DNA from: Pseudomonadota bacterium
GTDB lineage: Bacteria; Pseudomonadota; Gammaproteobacteria; Burkholderiales; Chitinibacteraceae
Assembly (NCBI GenBank): GCA_018261735.1
Contig: JAGTRM010000008.1
Location: forward strand, 21,595 to 85,594
Length of the DNA: 64,000 bases
Direction of reading: 5' to 3'
Shown in pieces: positions 9,719 to 18,693 of this stretch (positions are counted from its first letter, which is position 1; the number at the start of each line of letters is the position of its first letter). The notes beneath the pieces are model-generated. The model was not told where the DNA came from, did no database searches, and was given only the letters and a program-made list of their open reading frames with translations. The position numbers were made by a program, and so were the translations under genes.

Positions 9719-10968
9719 AAATCCGCCCACTTTGTAGTCCAGCAGGGCGACAAGTTGTTCTGCCGCATCTTCCAGCCGTGATTGAATCCGGCGCTGGCCA
9801 GCCGTAACGTTCCCCTGCCCCATTGCCGGTTGATCTTGTCCATTGTCTCGTTGAGGTTGGCGCGCTTGATCGGGTCGGCGCTTTCCAGAAACAAGTGGCC
9901 TTGAATGCCTGTGTTCGGCTGCAGTTCGAGCAGCATCACGCCGGCTTTGGCGTAGGCATAGCCCGGCTTGTAGATGCGCTTCAACACCCAGAGTGCGGCT
10001 TTGGTGAGTTGCAGCGTGTCGTCACTCGGCTGGGATAGCGGCACCAAGACGTGCTTGCTGTACTGGGGGTCTTTCTCGCGGTTTGGATTCGTACGGATAA
10101 AGACGGCCAGCGCACCGGCTGCGGATTGTTGCCGGCGCAGTTTCTCGGCGGCACGGGCCACATAGGTGCTCACGGCTTCCGCGAGTTCATGTTCTGAATA
10201 GACCAGCTGGCCGAAGCTTCGCGAACACAGGATCTGCTGCTTATCCGGCGCAACGTCTTCCAGATCGATGCAGGGCTGGCCGCGCAGCTCCATGACGGTA
10301 CGCTGCAAGACCACGCTGTAACGCATGCGAATGGTTTCCGGATCGGCCTTCATCAGATCCGCCACCGTGAAGATGCCATCCTCATTCAGTTTCACCGACA
10401 GGCGCCGGCCTACCCCCCAGATTTCACCAATGGTGACTTCCTGCATCACGCGCTGTTGCGTGGCCTGATCCAGTTTGGCCCATTCACATACCCCGGCAAA
10501 GCGGGAATGTTTCTTGGCCAGATGGTTGCAGAGCTTGGCGAGCGTCTTGGTTGGCGCAATGCCGATACAGACCGGCAGGCCAGTCCATTTCTGTACGGTC
10601 TGGCGTATCTCCATTCCCAGTTCGGTATGGTCGCGCCCGATGGCATCGAGGCCCAGGAAGCATTCGTCGATGCTATAGATTTCCTGATCCGGGCTAAATC
10701 GCCGCAGGATGCTCATGACCCGATTGCTCATGTCGGCATACAGGGCATAGTTGCTGCTGTAGGCAATGATGCCGTGTTGTTCGGCCACTTCCCGCATCTG
10801 ATGCCAGGGTTTGGCCATGGCGATCCCCAGTGCTTTGACCTCGTTGCTGCGGGACACGGCACACCCGTCGTTGTTGGAGAGCACGACAACAGGCTTGCCT
10901 TCGAGCCTGGGTTCAAACACCCGCTGGCAAGATACATAAAAGTTGTTCACATCGACCAGGGCAAACAT
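9700..10968 (-). CDS. umuC: Y-family DNA polymerase V catalytic subunit UmuC
   Basis: MFALVDVNNFYVSCQRVFEP..VVVLSNNDGC motif. 422 aa. The start overlaps the umuD stop by 1 nt. Confidence 0.9.
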   Translation of the reverse strand: MFALVDVNNFYVSCQRVFEPRLEGKPVVVLSNNDGCAVSRSNEVKALGIAMAKPWHQMREVAEQHGIIAYSSNYALYADMSNRVMSILRRFSPDQEIYSIDECFLGLDAIGRDHTELGMEIRQTVQKWTGLPVCIGIAPTKTLAKLCNHLAKKHSRFAGVCEWAKLDQATQQRVMQEVTIGEIWGVGRRLSVKLNEDGIFTVADLMKADPETIRMRYSVVLQRTVMELRGQPCIDLEDVAPDKQQILCSRSFGQLVYSEHELAEAVSTYVARAAEKLRRQQSAAGALAVFIRTNPNREKDPQYSKHVLVPLSQPSDDTLQLTKAALWVLKRIYKPGYAYAKAGVMLLELQPNTGIQGHLFLESADPIKRANLNETMDKINRQWGRGTLRLASAGFNHGWKMRQNNLSPCWTTKWADLPVAGG

Positions 10969-11417
10969 CAGTGTGGCTCCACGATCCAGGCCGTGACCAC
11001 GCCCCAGATGTTCAGCTGCTGATCTTCGTTCAGCACGATGTCTGAATAGGCTGGATTCTCGGCAATCAGGGCCAGGCGCTTACCGCGCTGGTAGAGGCGT
11101 TTGACGGTGAATTCGTCATCCAGAATGGCGACCACGATATCATCGTGCTTCGCCTCCCGCGCACGATCCACGATCAGGGTGGCATTGTTGGGGATGGAGC
11201 GTTCAGGCGTCTGGCTGACCATGCTGTCGCCATTGACCCGGAAGAAAAAGGTGGCCTCCGGATGATGCACATAGCGCTGGTTCAGATCGACCCGATCTTC
11301 CTCCCAATCCCCGGCGGGGGACGGGAATCCGGCAGACACGGAGCCACCCATGACGGGAATCATCAAGCAGGATGGATCGGTGTGTGCCGACAAGGGACCA
11401 AGCAAAGACGAAGGCAT
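10968..11417 (-). CDS. umuD: UmuD (LexA-like S24 self-cleaving peptidase)
   Basis: GFPSPAGDW..DLNQ cleavage region. Catalytic GDSM and VKRL motifs. Confidence 0.9.
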   Translation of the reverse strand: MPSSLLGPLSAHTDPSCLMIPVMGGSVSAGFPSPAGDWEEDRVDLNQRYVHHPEATFFFRVNGDSMVSQTPERSIPNNATLIVDRAREAKHDDIVVAILDDEFTVKRLYQRGKRLALIAENPAYSDIVLNEDQQLNIWGVVTAWIVEPH

Positions 11418-11449
11418 GGGAATGACCCTTCAATAGACCAGTTGCCATT

Positions 11450-11467
11450 ATAGAACGAACGTTCTAT
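11450..11467 (-). promoter_or_regulatory. Palindromic operator candidate (ATAGAAC-N4-GTTCTAT) overlapping a TATAAT -10 box of umuDC
   Basis: The minus strand reads AATAGAACGTTCGTTCTATAATGG. The 7-bp arms are perfect. The -10 box TATAAT corresponds to plus-strand 11447-11452. Confidence 0.45.
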
Positions 11468-11628
11468 TATTGGAGCTGCACCGTATGAACGGCAAACGCC
11501 AACCTGAACACTTCAAGGAGCCCCATCATGCTGAATGCGATTCGCCAGTCACTGCCTTCGCCGGATTACATGGTTCTGTGGTCCTGCATCGTGATCCTGC
11601 CTTCCCTGTTTGTTCTGCGATAAATCCA

Positions 11629-12201
11629 ATGGATACCACCCCTGCACGTTTGCGTTGCGCCTGGGCCAACAGCGATGCGCTGATGCGCGACTATCACGAT
11701 CAGGAATGGGGCATCCCGCAACGGGATAGCCGCATGCTCTGGGAAATGCTGATGCTGGAAGGTTTCCAGGCAGGATTGGCGTGGATTACCGTCCTGCGCA
11801 AGCGCGAGGCGTTTCGGCAAGCCTTTGCGGGTTTTGATCCGGCTATCGTGGCAGGTTTCACCGAAGAACATATTCAGCGGTTGCTCGCCAATCCCGGCAT
11901 CATCCGCTCCCGGGCCAAAATCGAGGCCACGATCCGGGGTGCCCAGATCTACTGCGAGATGGAAGCGCGTGGTGAATCGTTCAGTGACTTCTGCTGGTCA
12001 TTCACCCACGGGGAAGTACTACAGAATGACGGCCATTCCTGGCCGGCCAGTACGCCCTTGTCGGAACAGATCTCGAAAGAGCTGAAACGGCGGGGTTTCA
12101 AGTTTGTGGGGCCCACCATCGTCTATGCCTGGATGCAGGCCGTGGGCATCGTCAACGATCATGCCCATGACTGTTATTGCCGGCACGCATCGCAAACTTG
12201 A
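11629..12201 (+). CDS. tag: DNA-3-methyladenine glycosylase I
   Basis: Trimmed to MDTTPARLRCAWA (ATG 11629). Contains DYHDQEWG and FVGPTIVYAWMQAVG motifs. 190 aa. Confidence 0.9.
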   Translation: MDTTPARLRCAWANSDALMRDYHDQEWGIPQRDSRMLWEMLMLEGFQAGLAWITVLRKREAFRQAFAGFDPAIVAGFTEEHIQRLLANPGIIRSRAKIEATIRGAQIYCEMEARGESFSDFCWSFTHGEVLQNDGHSWPASTPLSEQISKELKRRGFKFVGPTIVYAWMQAVGIVNDHAHDCYCRHASQT

Positions 12202-12348
12202 TGTGCCGCCAGCCGTCATGCGGCGCTGCTTGCTGTTTCTCGGCCAAGGCCGATTTGCGGCCCCTCCCCCTTTAATATCGCGTTTGGGGTCTAGCAATAG
12301 AAGCCCGTTTGCGAGAGGCACTCCCCAAACGGGGGCGCGGCGTACGGA

Positions 12349-12585
12349 TCAGGCGAAAGGGGCAAAACGCGGTTGGCGCCGGCCATCGATTTCGACCTCT
12401 TCCACAAACATCGCGAAAGGCCGCAGCCACCATCCCGTATCGTTGTAGAGCGGGCGGTATACCACCTGTGGCTCCAGCGTTTCGCTGTGGCGAGCCACGC
12501 CGATTACTTCATATTCACCGCCCTTGTAGTGGCGGTATTTGCCCAGTGGCAGGGTGGGTAGCGGAAGGAGCGGTTCGGTGCTCAT
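12349..12585 (-). CDS. DUF1653-family small protein
   Basis: GKYRHYKGGEYEVIGVARHSETLEPQVVYRPLY is the signature of this family. 78 aa. Confidence 0.8.
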   Translation of the reverse strand: MSTEPLLPLPTLPLGKYRHYKGGEYEVIGVARHSETLEPQVVYRPLYNDTGWWLRPFAMFVEEVEIDGRRQPRFAPFA

Positions 12586-12677
12586 GGCATGTTTTCCAGG
12601 ATCGGGGAGCCCATTTTACCCGGCACTTCAGGAACAGTCCGGTAGCCATTACCTGAATTCGCACCCCCTACAAGGCT

Positions 12678-12814
12678 GATCTCGAAAGAGCTGAAACGGC
12701 GTGGCTTCAAGTTTGTGGGGCCAGCCATCGTCTATGCCTGGATGCAGGCCGTGGGCATCGTCAACGATCATGCCCATGACTGTTATTGCCGGCACGCATC
12801 GCAAACTTGATGTG
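12678..12814 (+). pseudogene. Duplicated 3'-end fragment of tag
   Basis: 137 bp is about 97% identical to 12069-12205 (the last ~44 codons plus stop of tag). It has no upstream coding continuation. Confidence 0.8.
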
Positions 12815-12987
12815 TCGCTTCTCATCGAAGGATAAATAGTCGTGGCATGTTTTTGCCCGGACAAACATCCTTGCCGGTTGCGATGCGCATCAGCCGTGGT
12901 GGATGAACGGGGATCGGGGTGATATAAGCTATGGCGCATGAACATACGTCACTAATTGCATAGACACCCACCTTTACTAATCCCGCC

Positions 12988-13581
12988 ATGCCCCAATCGA
13001 TTGCCACCCCTGCCCACAGCGAATTGCTGATCAAAAAAAGCCGTTTCCTCGGTTGTGTTCAGCCTGTGGCAGACCGCGTGCAGGCACAGAAGATCGTTGC
13101 AGAGCTATGGGCACAACACCCCAATGCCTCTCATGTGTGCTGGGCTCTGATGGCCGGCGGTCACTCGGCCGCGGTCGATGATGGCGAACCCAGCGGCACA
13201 GCCGGCCGGCCCATGCTGGAAGTATTGCGCCATCAGGATCTGGAAGGCGTGCTCGCTACCGTGGTTCGATACTACGGCGGCATACCGCTCGGTGCCGGTG
13301 GCCTTGTCCGCGCCTACACCGACAGCGTGGCTAAAGCGCTCCTCACCGCACAAAAGGTTCCGATCATCCGATTGCGTATGCTGCGCTGTACGGTGCCTTA
13401 TGCACTGGAAGGTTTGCTGCGCCGGGAAACCGAAATGGCCGGCGCAACACTGCATCAAGTTTTACACGGCGATCTGGTTGATCTGGCATTCAGCCTGCCA
13501 GACGATCATGCCGAAGCACTTGTTGCACGACTGAATGAAGCTTGTAGCGGCCGTATCGCATGGATCGAGGGTGACGAATAG
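12988..13581 (+). CDS. yigZ: YigZ / IMPACT (UPF0029) family protein
   Basis: KKSRFLG..HVCWA..DDGEPSGTAGRPML..RYYGGIPLGAGGLVRAY motifs. Confidence 0.8.
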   Translation: MPQSIATPAHSELLIKKSRFLGCVQPVADRVQAQKIVAELWAQHPNASHVCWALMAGGHSAAVDDGEPSGTAGRPMLEVLRHQDLEGVLATVVRYYGGIPLGAGGLVRAYTDSVAKALLTAQKVPIIRLRMLRCTVPYALEGLLRRETEMAGATLHQVLHGDLVDLAFSLPDDHAEALVARLNEACSGRIAWIEGDE

Positions 13582-13747
13582 ATTTGCCGGATACATTCGT
13601 TTAATGGCTCGCCAGTCATCATGCGGCGATGCTTGCCTGTTTCTCTGCCAAAGCGGATTCTGGGAACTTCCGGTTTCGGCCAGAAGCAGACAATGGCTTT
13701 GGAGTTGGCTGTACCTTCAAATGTGGTTTTTTTAGTTAGGCGACACT

Positions 13748-14191
13748 ATGAGCGACGCACTCGCGAAATTAACGGCCGCTCGACTCAGCGACGCAGGAAT
13801 CGAGTTCGTCACGGTTGATCTAGACGGTCTTCGCATTCCCGCACGAGAGCCGGTGGTCGGAGACATTCTGGTTTTATTTGAGGGTGGCGAAGTGTCGGTA
13901 TTTCTCGGCGACATCACTCATTGCCACTTCACGCCCGATCAAGCGGATGACAAGTTCCCTTGCTGCACGGCCGAACAGGCCGCCAAGGATGCGGCGCAGT
14001 TCATTCGCGAAGTAGTTGAAGACAAATGGGTTCTTTGGTGCTGGAACGATGGTCGTGGCGGCTGCTTCAAACCGGATGGGAACGACGAGGAAGCAGCTGA
14101 TTCTCCGCTGCCAGGAGAAGAGGTTAAATACTTTCGATGGTCCGGGTCGTTTGTGCCATCCAACACCTCACTGGAGCGGACACGTGGGTGA
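13748..14191 (+). CDS. Hypothetical protein
   Basis: 147-aa ORF with coding-like composition but no recognisable motif. Weak RBS. Confidence 0.45.
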   Translation: MSDALAKLTAARLSDAGIEFVTVDLDGLRIPAREPVVGDILVLFEGGEVSVFLGDITHCHFTPDQADDKFPCCTAEQAAKDAAQFIREVVEDKWVLWCWNDGRGGCFKPDGNDEEAADSPLPGEEVKYFRWSGSFVPSNTSLERTRG

Positions 14192-14510
14192 TAAACGTCG
14201 GCGTGCGCATCGCTCGGCTTAACCGTTAATGTCGGGTTTGGGCACGTTCCTGCCTATTGCCACAGACGGCACCCGGCCACAACCGGACTATCCCCAGCGT
14301 CCCGCAGCCGACGTTCAATGGTCCGCTCTTCTCTGAAGCCTGCCAGAGTGCCTACGCATGCAAGTCGGCCATTAGCGATGTTCACCTGTGCGGTTATCCC
14401 GGTCTGCAATGTGCCGGCTACGAGGCACCACGCAGGCCTATGATTTTGGCCATTTTTGATATTCCCTGGTATTATACGTTTCAACTACAAACCATATAAA
14501 AGAAGCCTGT

Positions 14511-14741
14511 ATGGGTATCATTAAAATTTCAGAGCATATGCATGAAAATTTGCGCTTAACCAGCGGGGCGTTGAGCCGTTCCATCAATGCTCAAGCAGAA
14601 CATTGGCTCCGAGTTGGCATGCTTGCGGAACTCAATCCAAACCTCCGGTATGGTGATATTTGCCGGTTACTCATCCAAGCCGAACACCAAGTGACAGATG
14701 AGATTGAGATTCCAGCTTCATTATCGGGGAAGGCTGCATGA
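14511..14741 (+). CDS. ParD-like (type II antitoxin-like) small protein
   Basis: MGIIKISEHMHENLRLTSGALSRSINAQAEHWLRVGMLAE resembles the ParD-like family N-terminus. The stop overlaps the map start (ATGA). Confidence 0.7.
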   Translation: MGIIKISEHMHENLRLTSGALSRSINAQAEHWLRVGMLAELNPNLRYGDICRLLIQAEHQVTDEIEIPASLSGKAA

Positions 14742-15559
14742 CTGACTCCAAGCGAGTGGCCATCAAGTCTGAGGGTGAGCTAGCCAAGGCACGGTGTGCT
14801 GGAATGTTAGCCGCCGATGTTTTGCTAATGATTGCTGACCATGTAAAGCCAGGTGTCACGACTGATGAACTGGACAAGCTATGCCATGATTACATCGTCA
14901 ATGTACAACAAGCAGTTCCGGCCAATATCGGCTACCACGGCTATCCCAAGACTATTTGCGCCTCGGTCAATCATGTCATTTGTCATGGGATTCCATCCGA
15001 CAAGAAATTGAAGAGTGGAGACATCATCAACATCGACGTTGCCATCATCAAGGATGGGTGGTTTGGCGATACCAGCCGCATGTACTTTGTTGGAGAACCG
15101 AGCATTCTGGCAAAACGGCTGGTTCTCACGACCTACGAGGCGATGCGGGCAGGCATTGAGCAAGTCCGCCCTGGCGCCACGCTTGGGGATATAGGTCATG
15201 CCATCCAGACCGTCGCCCAGCGGGAGGGATTTAGTGTTGTTCGTGAGTACTGTGGTCACGGGATTGGTACGGTATATCACGATGACCTTCAGGTTCTTCA
15301 CTATGGAAGGCCAGGTACGGGCTTGAAGCTTGAAGCAGGCATGGTGTTCACCATTGAACCCATGATTAATGCAGGGAAAGCAGCAATAAAGCAGTTAGCG
15401 GATGGGTGGACTGTCGTTACCAAGGACCACTCGCTCTCTGCCCAGTGGGAGCATATGGTGGCCGTCACCAAGAGTGGCTGCGAGATACTCACGCCTTGGC
15501 CAGATGGCTACGGTGATTATCCCGCTATTGTGTCTCCCCCTGAACAAACCGTCGCATAG
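14738..15559 (+). CDS. map: Type I methionyl aminopeptidase
   Basis: ICHGIP, DVAIIKDGWFGDTSRM, GHGIG and FTIEPM metal-ligand motifs. 273 aa. Confidence 0.9.
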   Translation: MTDSKRVAIKSEGELAKARCAGMLAADVLLMIADHVKPGVTTDELDKLCHDYIVNVQQAVPANIGYHGYPKTICASVNHVICHGIPSDKKLKSGDIINIDVAIIKDGWFGDTSRMYFVGEPSILAKRLVLTTYEAMRAGIEQVRPGATLGDIGHAIQTVAQREGFSVVREYCGHGIGTVYHDDLQVLHYGRPGTGLKLEAGMVFTIEPMINAGKAAIKQLADGWTVVTKDHSLSAQWEHMVAVTKSGCEILTPWPDGYGDYPAIVSPPEQTVA

Positions 15560-15676
15560 GACCTGTTACCAGTCATTGGATTCATGATGACCTGAAGGGC
15601 AGGATTGGGCACACAACAGCCATCCAAGTGCATTCCCACGCGGCAATGCCTGCTCTGGCTCGGGAGCTTTCCGGAA

Positions 15677-17083
15677 TCAGCGTGGCAGGACAACCGTCGC
15701 AGTCAGACCTTCGCCGGGTTGGGAGGCCAGCGTGATCGTGCCGCCATGCGCTTCGACGATGGCCTTGGCGATCGCCAGCCCCAGCCCCGTGCCGCCGGTG
15801 TGCCGCGCACGCGAGGATTCCAGGCGGAAATAGGGTTCGAACACTTTTTCGAGTTGCGCCGCCGGGATGCCGGGGCCGTGGTCGGCGATCACGATACGCA
15901 CTTCCTTGTCCGAATCCTCAAGCGTCAGCTCGATCGGCCCGCCACCGTAGCGGCGGGCATTGTCGAGCAGGTTGGCGATGCAGCGCCGCAGCGCGTGCGG
16001 GCGAGCCTGGATCGCCTGCCGGCTCCTGCCGGTGCGCGTGATGGTGGCGCCGAGTTCTTCCATGTCCTCGGCCACGCTGTCGAGCAGCGCATCGAGATTG
16101 ACCTGGACCGGCGCTTCCACGTTCGAGCCCGCACGCAGGAAATCAAGCGTATGGCCGATCATCGTGTCCATCTCGGCCAGGTCGTGTTCCATTTTCTCGC
16201 GCAAGGCAGGCTCGATGCCGGCTTCGAGCCGCAGGCGCAGGCGGGTGATCGGCAGGCGCAAGTCGTGCGAGACGGCCGAAAGCGCCTGTGCGCGCGTATC
16301 GATCATGCGTTTCAGGTCGCGCTGCATCGCGTTGAAGGCTTGTGCGGCCTGGCGCACTTCCTGCGGGCCGGTTTCCGGCAGCGGCGGCTGGTTCAGGTTG
16401 CGCGCGAGCCCGGATGCCGCATCGGCCAGTTTCACCAGCGGGCGGGTCAGCCGGCGCACCGACCAGACCGACAAGGCCGCGACCGAGAGGCCGAGCAGTG
16501 CCAGCAGCGCGATCACGCGATAGGGCAGATCGGTGGCGGGAACGGGCAGCAGATGATGGAAGGTGACGACCGTGCCATCAGTCAGCCTGACCTGCGCCAT
16601 GTAGGTGCGCGTGAACAGCGGGATGCGCTTGGAATCGGCTTTCGGCCTGTTCCGGCGCTCGTGCGCTTCATCCTCGTCCGGACGCGGGTGCAGATGCAGA
16701 TCGAACAGCGACGGGTCGACGCGCTCCATCGCCAGCATCTGTATCTGCAGCGGCCGGGGAAGCTGGCGCGCAGCCTCCTGCGCGAAGAGGCGGGCGTCTT
16801 CCGAATCGTCGATTTTGTCGCTGGACCACGGCAGCGCCAGCGTCAGCATGGTCGGCTGCACGCTCAGGGCCTTGATCAGGGCCGGCCGTTCGGCCGGGGA
16901 TTCACTATCCAGGACGGCCGCGATGCCGCCCATGCGCTGCGCCGCGTATTCCGACAAGAGCTTGTAATTGAGCCGGCCGCGATCATCGAGCAACAGCCTC
17001 AGCCCCACCAGTTGCACGACCAAAAGCCCCACGAACAGCGCGAGTGCGATCTGGCCGAACAGGGTTTTGGGCAGCCATTTCAT
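15677..17083 (-). CDS. Sensor histidine kinase (two TM helices, HAMP, HisKA, HATPase_c)
   Basis: H-box SAVSHDLRLPIT, N-box NLLDNARRY, G-boxes DHGPGI and GTGLGLAI. Confidence 0.9.
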   Translation of the reverse strand: MKWLPKTLFGQIALALFVGLLVVQLVGLRLLLDDRGRLNYKLLSEYAAQRMGGIAAVLDSESPAERPALIKALSVQPTMLTLALPWSSDKIDDSEDARLFAQEAARQLPRPLQIQMLAMERVDPSLFDLHLHPRPDEDEAHERRNRPKADSKRIPLFTRTYMAQVRLTDGTVVTFHHLLPVPATDLPYRVIALLALLGLSVAALSVWSVRRLTRPLVKLADAASGLARNLNQPPLPETGPQEVRQAAQAFNAMQRDLKRMIDTRAQALSAVSHDLRLPITRLRLRLEAGIEPALREKMEHDLAEMDTMIGHTLDFLRAGSNVEAPVQVNLDALLDSVAEDMEELGATITRTGRSRQAIQARPHALRRCIANLLDNARRYGGGPIELTLEDSDKEVRIVIADHGPGIPAAQLEKVFEPYFRLESSRARHTGGTGLGLAIAKAIVEAHGGTITLASQPGEGLTATVVLPR

Positions 17084-17790
17084 GAACGGCGCTCCACGCG
17101 CGCGGCGAGCATGTAGCCTTCGCTGCGCACGGTCTTGATCAGTTCCGGATCGCGCGCGTCGTCATTCAGGCGGCGGCGCAGACGCGAGATCATCACATCG
17201 ATCGTGCGATCAAACGGCCCGGCATCGCGCCCGGCCAATGCATCCATGAGCTGATCGCGCGAGAACACGCGGTTCGGCGATTCGGCCAAGAGATGCAGCA
17301 GGCGAAATTCCCCGGTCGAGAGCGCAATCACTACGCCATCGGCGCCGATCAGGTTGCGCGCGGCGAGATCCAGCGTCCAGCCGGCGAAATGCAGGGTTTT
17401 CAATGTGGCTTCGTGCGGCTCGTGATCCTCGGCCCGGCGCAGGATGCTCTTGATGCGCGCCAGCAGCTCGCGCGGATTGAAAGGCTTGGGCAGGTAATCG
17501 TCGGCGCCCATTTCCAGCCCGATGATGCGGTCCATGTCGTCGCCGCGCGCCGTGAGCATCAGGATCGGCAGGCGGGAAGTTGCGCGCAGATCACGGCACA
17601 GCGTCAACCCGTCTTCGCCGGGCAGCATCAAATCCAGGATCAACAGGTCCGGCTGGGACTCGGCAAGCTGGCCGCGCATGGCGACGCCGTCGCACGCGGT
17701 GGCGACCTCGAAACCCTGATTGCCCAGATAGCCACGCAGCAGCTCGGTCAGCTCCGGATCGTCGTCGACCACCAGTATTTTTTTGCTCAT
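17080..17790 (-). CDS. OmpR-family response regulator
   Basis: Trimmed to MSKKILVVDDD (ATG 17790). Receiver domain plus winged-helix (TVRSEGYML). 4-bp overlap with the kinase gene. Confidence 0.9.
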   Translation of the reverse strand: MSKKILVVDDDPELTELLRGYLGNQGFEVATACDGVAMRGQLAESQPDLLILDLMLPGEDGLTLCRDLRATSRLPILMLTARGDDMDRIIGLEMGADDYLPKPFNPRELLARIKSILRRAEDHEPHEATLKTLHFAGWTLDLAARNLIGADGVVIALSTGEFRLLHLLAESPNRVFSRDQLMDALAGRDAGPFDRTIDVMISRLRRRLNDDARDPELIKTVRSEGYMLAARVERRS

Positions 17791-17986
17791 CGGCAAGACT
17801 CCCCACATTGTCGCGACAAGGATAGCGCGAGTACCTGCGCGAGATGGGTGTTTGTAAACGCCCGGCACAAACTATTACATGCCATTAACAAAAAGCCGGG
17901 CATTGCCCACACCCCGTTTACAAAGTCCTCGTTAAATGGAGCCATCATCCAATCGCAAGCCTGCAAGCACGCAGGCGAACAAAAAC

Positions 17987-18658
17987 ATGAACAACATAAC
18001 AAATAGCCACCCTACCCCCGCCCCCGGCGCTTTGGAGCGAGGCGCGCTGCAGCGGCGGGCGGCCTGGCTGCGAATCCTGATGAAATGGCACTGGATCAGC
18101 TCGGCCTTGAGCCTGGTGGCCATGCTGTTTTTTGCCGCCAGCGGCATCACGCTCAACAACGCGGAATATTTCGAAAGCTCGACCCCCGCGATCACCAAGC
18201 ACACCGCCACGCTGCCGCAAGCGTTGCTGGCGCAGGTCAACCATCAGGGCAATGGCCAGGATCTTGCCTTGCCGGAGGACTTGCGCACCTGGGTCGATGA
18301 ATCCTGGGGAATCAAGCTTTCTCCCAAGAACACGGATTGGCAGGCGGATGAAGTCTATGTCGATCTCAAGCGCCCGGGCGTGGATGCCTGGCTCAGCATC
18401 GACCGCAGGAGCGGCGCGGTTCAGTACGAAGCCAGCGATCGTGGCTGGGTGGCTTTCTTCAACGATCTGCACAAAGGCAAGAATGCAGGCGGGGTCTGGA
18501 GCGGGTTTATCACGCTGTTCGGCATCGGTTGCCTTGTCTTCAGCCTGACCGGGCTCTTGATCCTGCAGGTGCATGCCAAATCGCGCTGGAGCATCTGGCC
18601 CGTTACCGGGCTGGGACTCATCTTGCCGCTGCTCGCCGTGCTGCTCTTCGTTCATTGA
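17987..18658 (+). CDS. PepSY-associated TM-helix family membrane protein
   Basis: Trimmed to MNNITNSH. WLRILMKWHWISSALSLVAMLFFAASGITLN is typical of PepSY_TM proteins. A second TM pair lies at the C-terminus. Confidence 0.7.
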   Translation: MNNITNSHPTPAPGALERGALQRRAAWLRILMKWHWISSALSLVAMLFFAASGITLNNAEYFESSTPAITKHTATLPQALLAQVNHQGNGQDLALPEDLRTWVDESWGIKLSPKNTDWQADEVYVDLKRPGVDAWLSIDRRSGAVQYEASDRGWVAFFNDLHKGKNAGGVWSGFITLFGIGCLVFSLTGLLILQVHAKSRWSIWPVTGLGLILPLLAVLLFVH

Positions 18659-18693
18659 TTTCAGTTCATTGATTTAACAAAGGGGAAAATCCC

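Noticed and set aside
11470-11628. N-terminal extensions suggested by the ORF track (tag from 11470, nrdD from 31230, PEP-CTERM from 24073, ADH from 8535, response regulator from 17868, aminotransferase from 44156)
   Set aside because: In each case, family-typical N-termini with a better RBS start at an internal ATG. The extensions run through promoter, operator or repeat sequence.
15605-17116. 503-aa ORF antisense to the histidine kinase gene
   Set aside because: Shadow ORF. The opposite strand has complete H, N and G boxes, and the translation is low-complexity Arg/Gln/Gly-rich.
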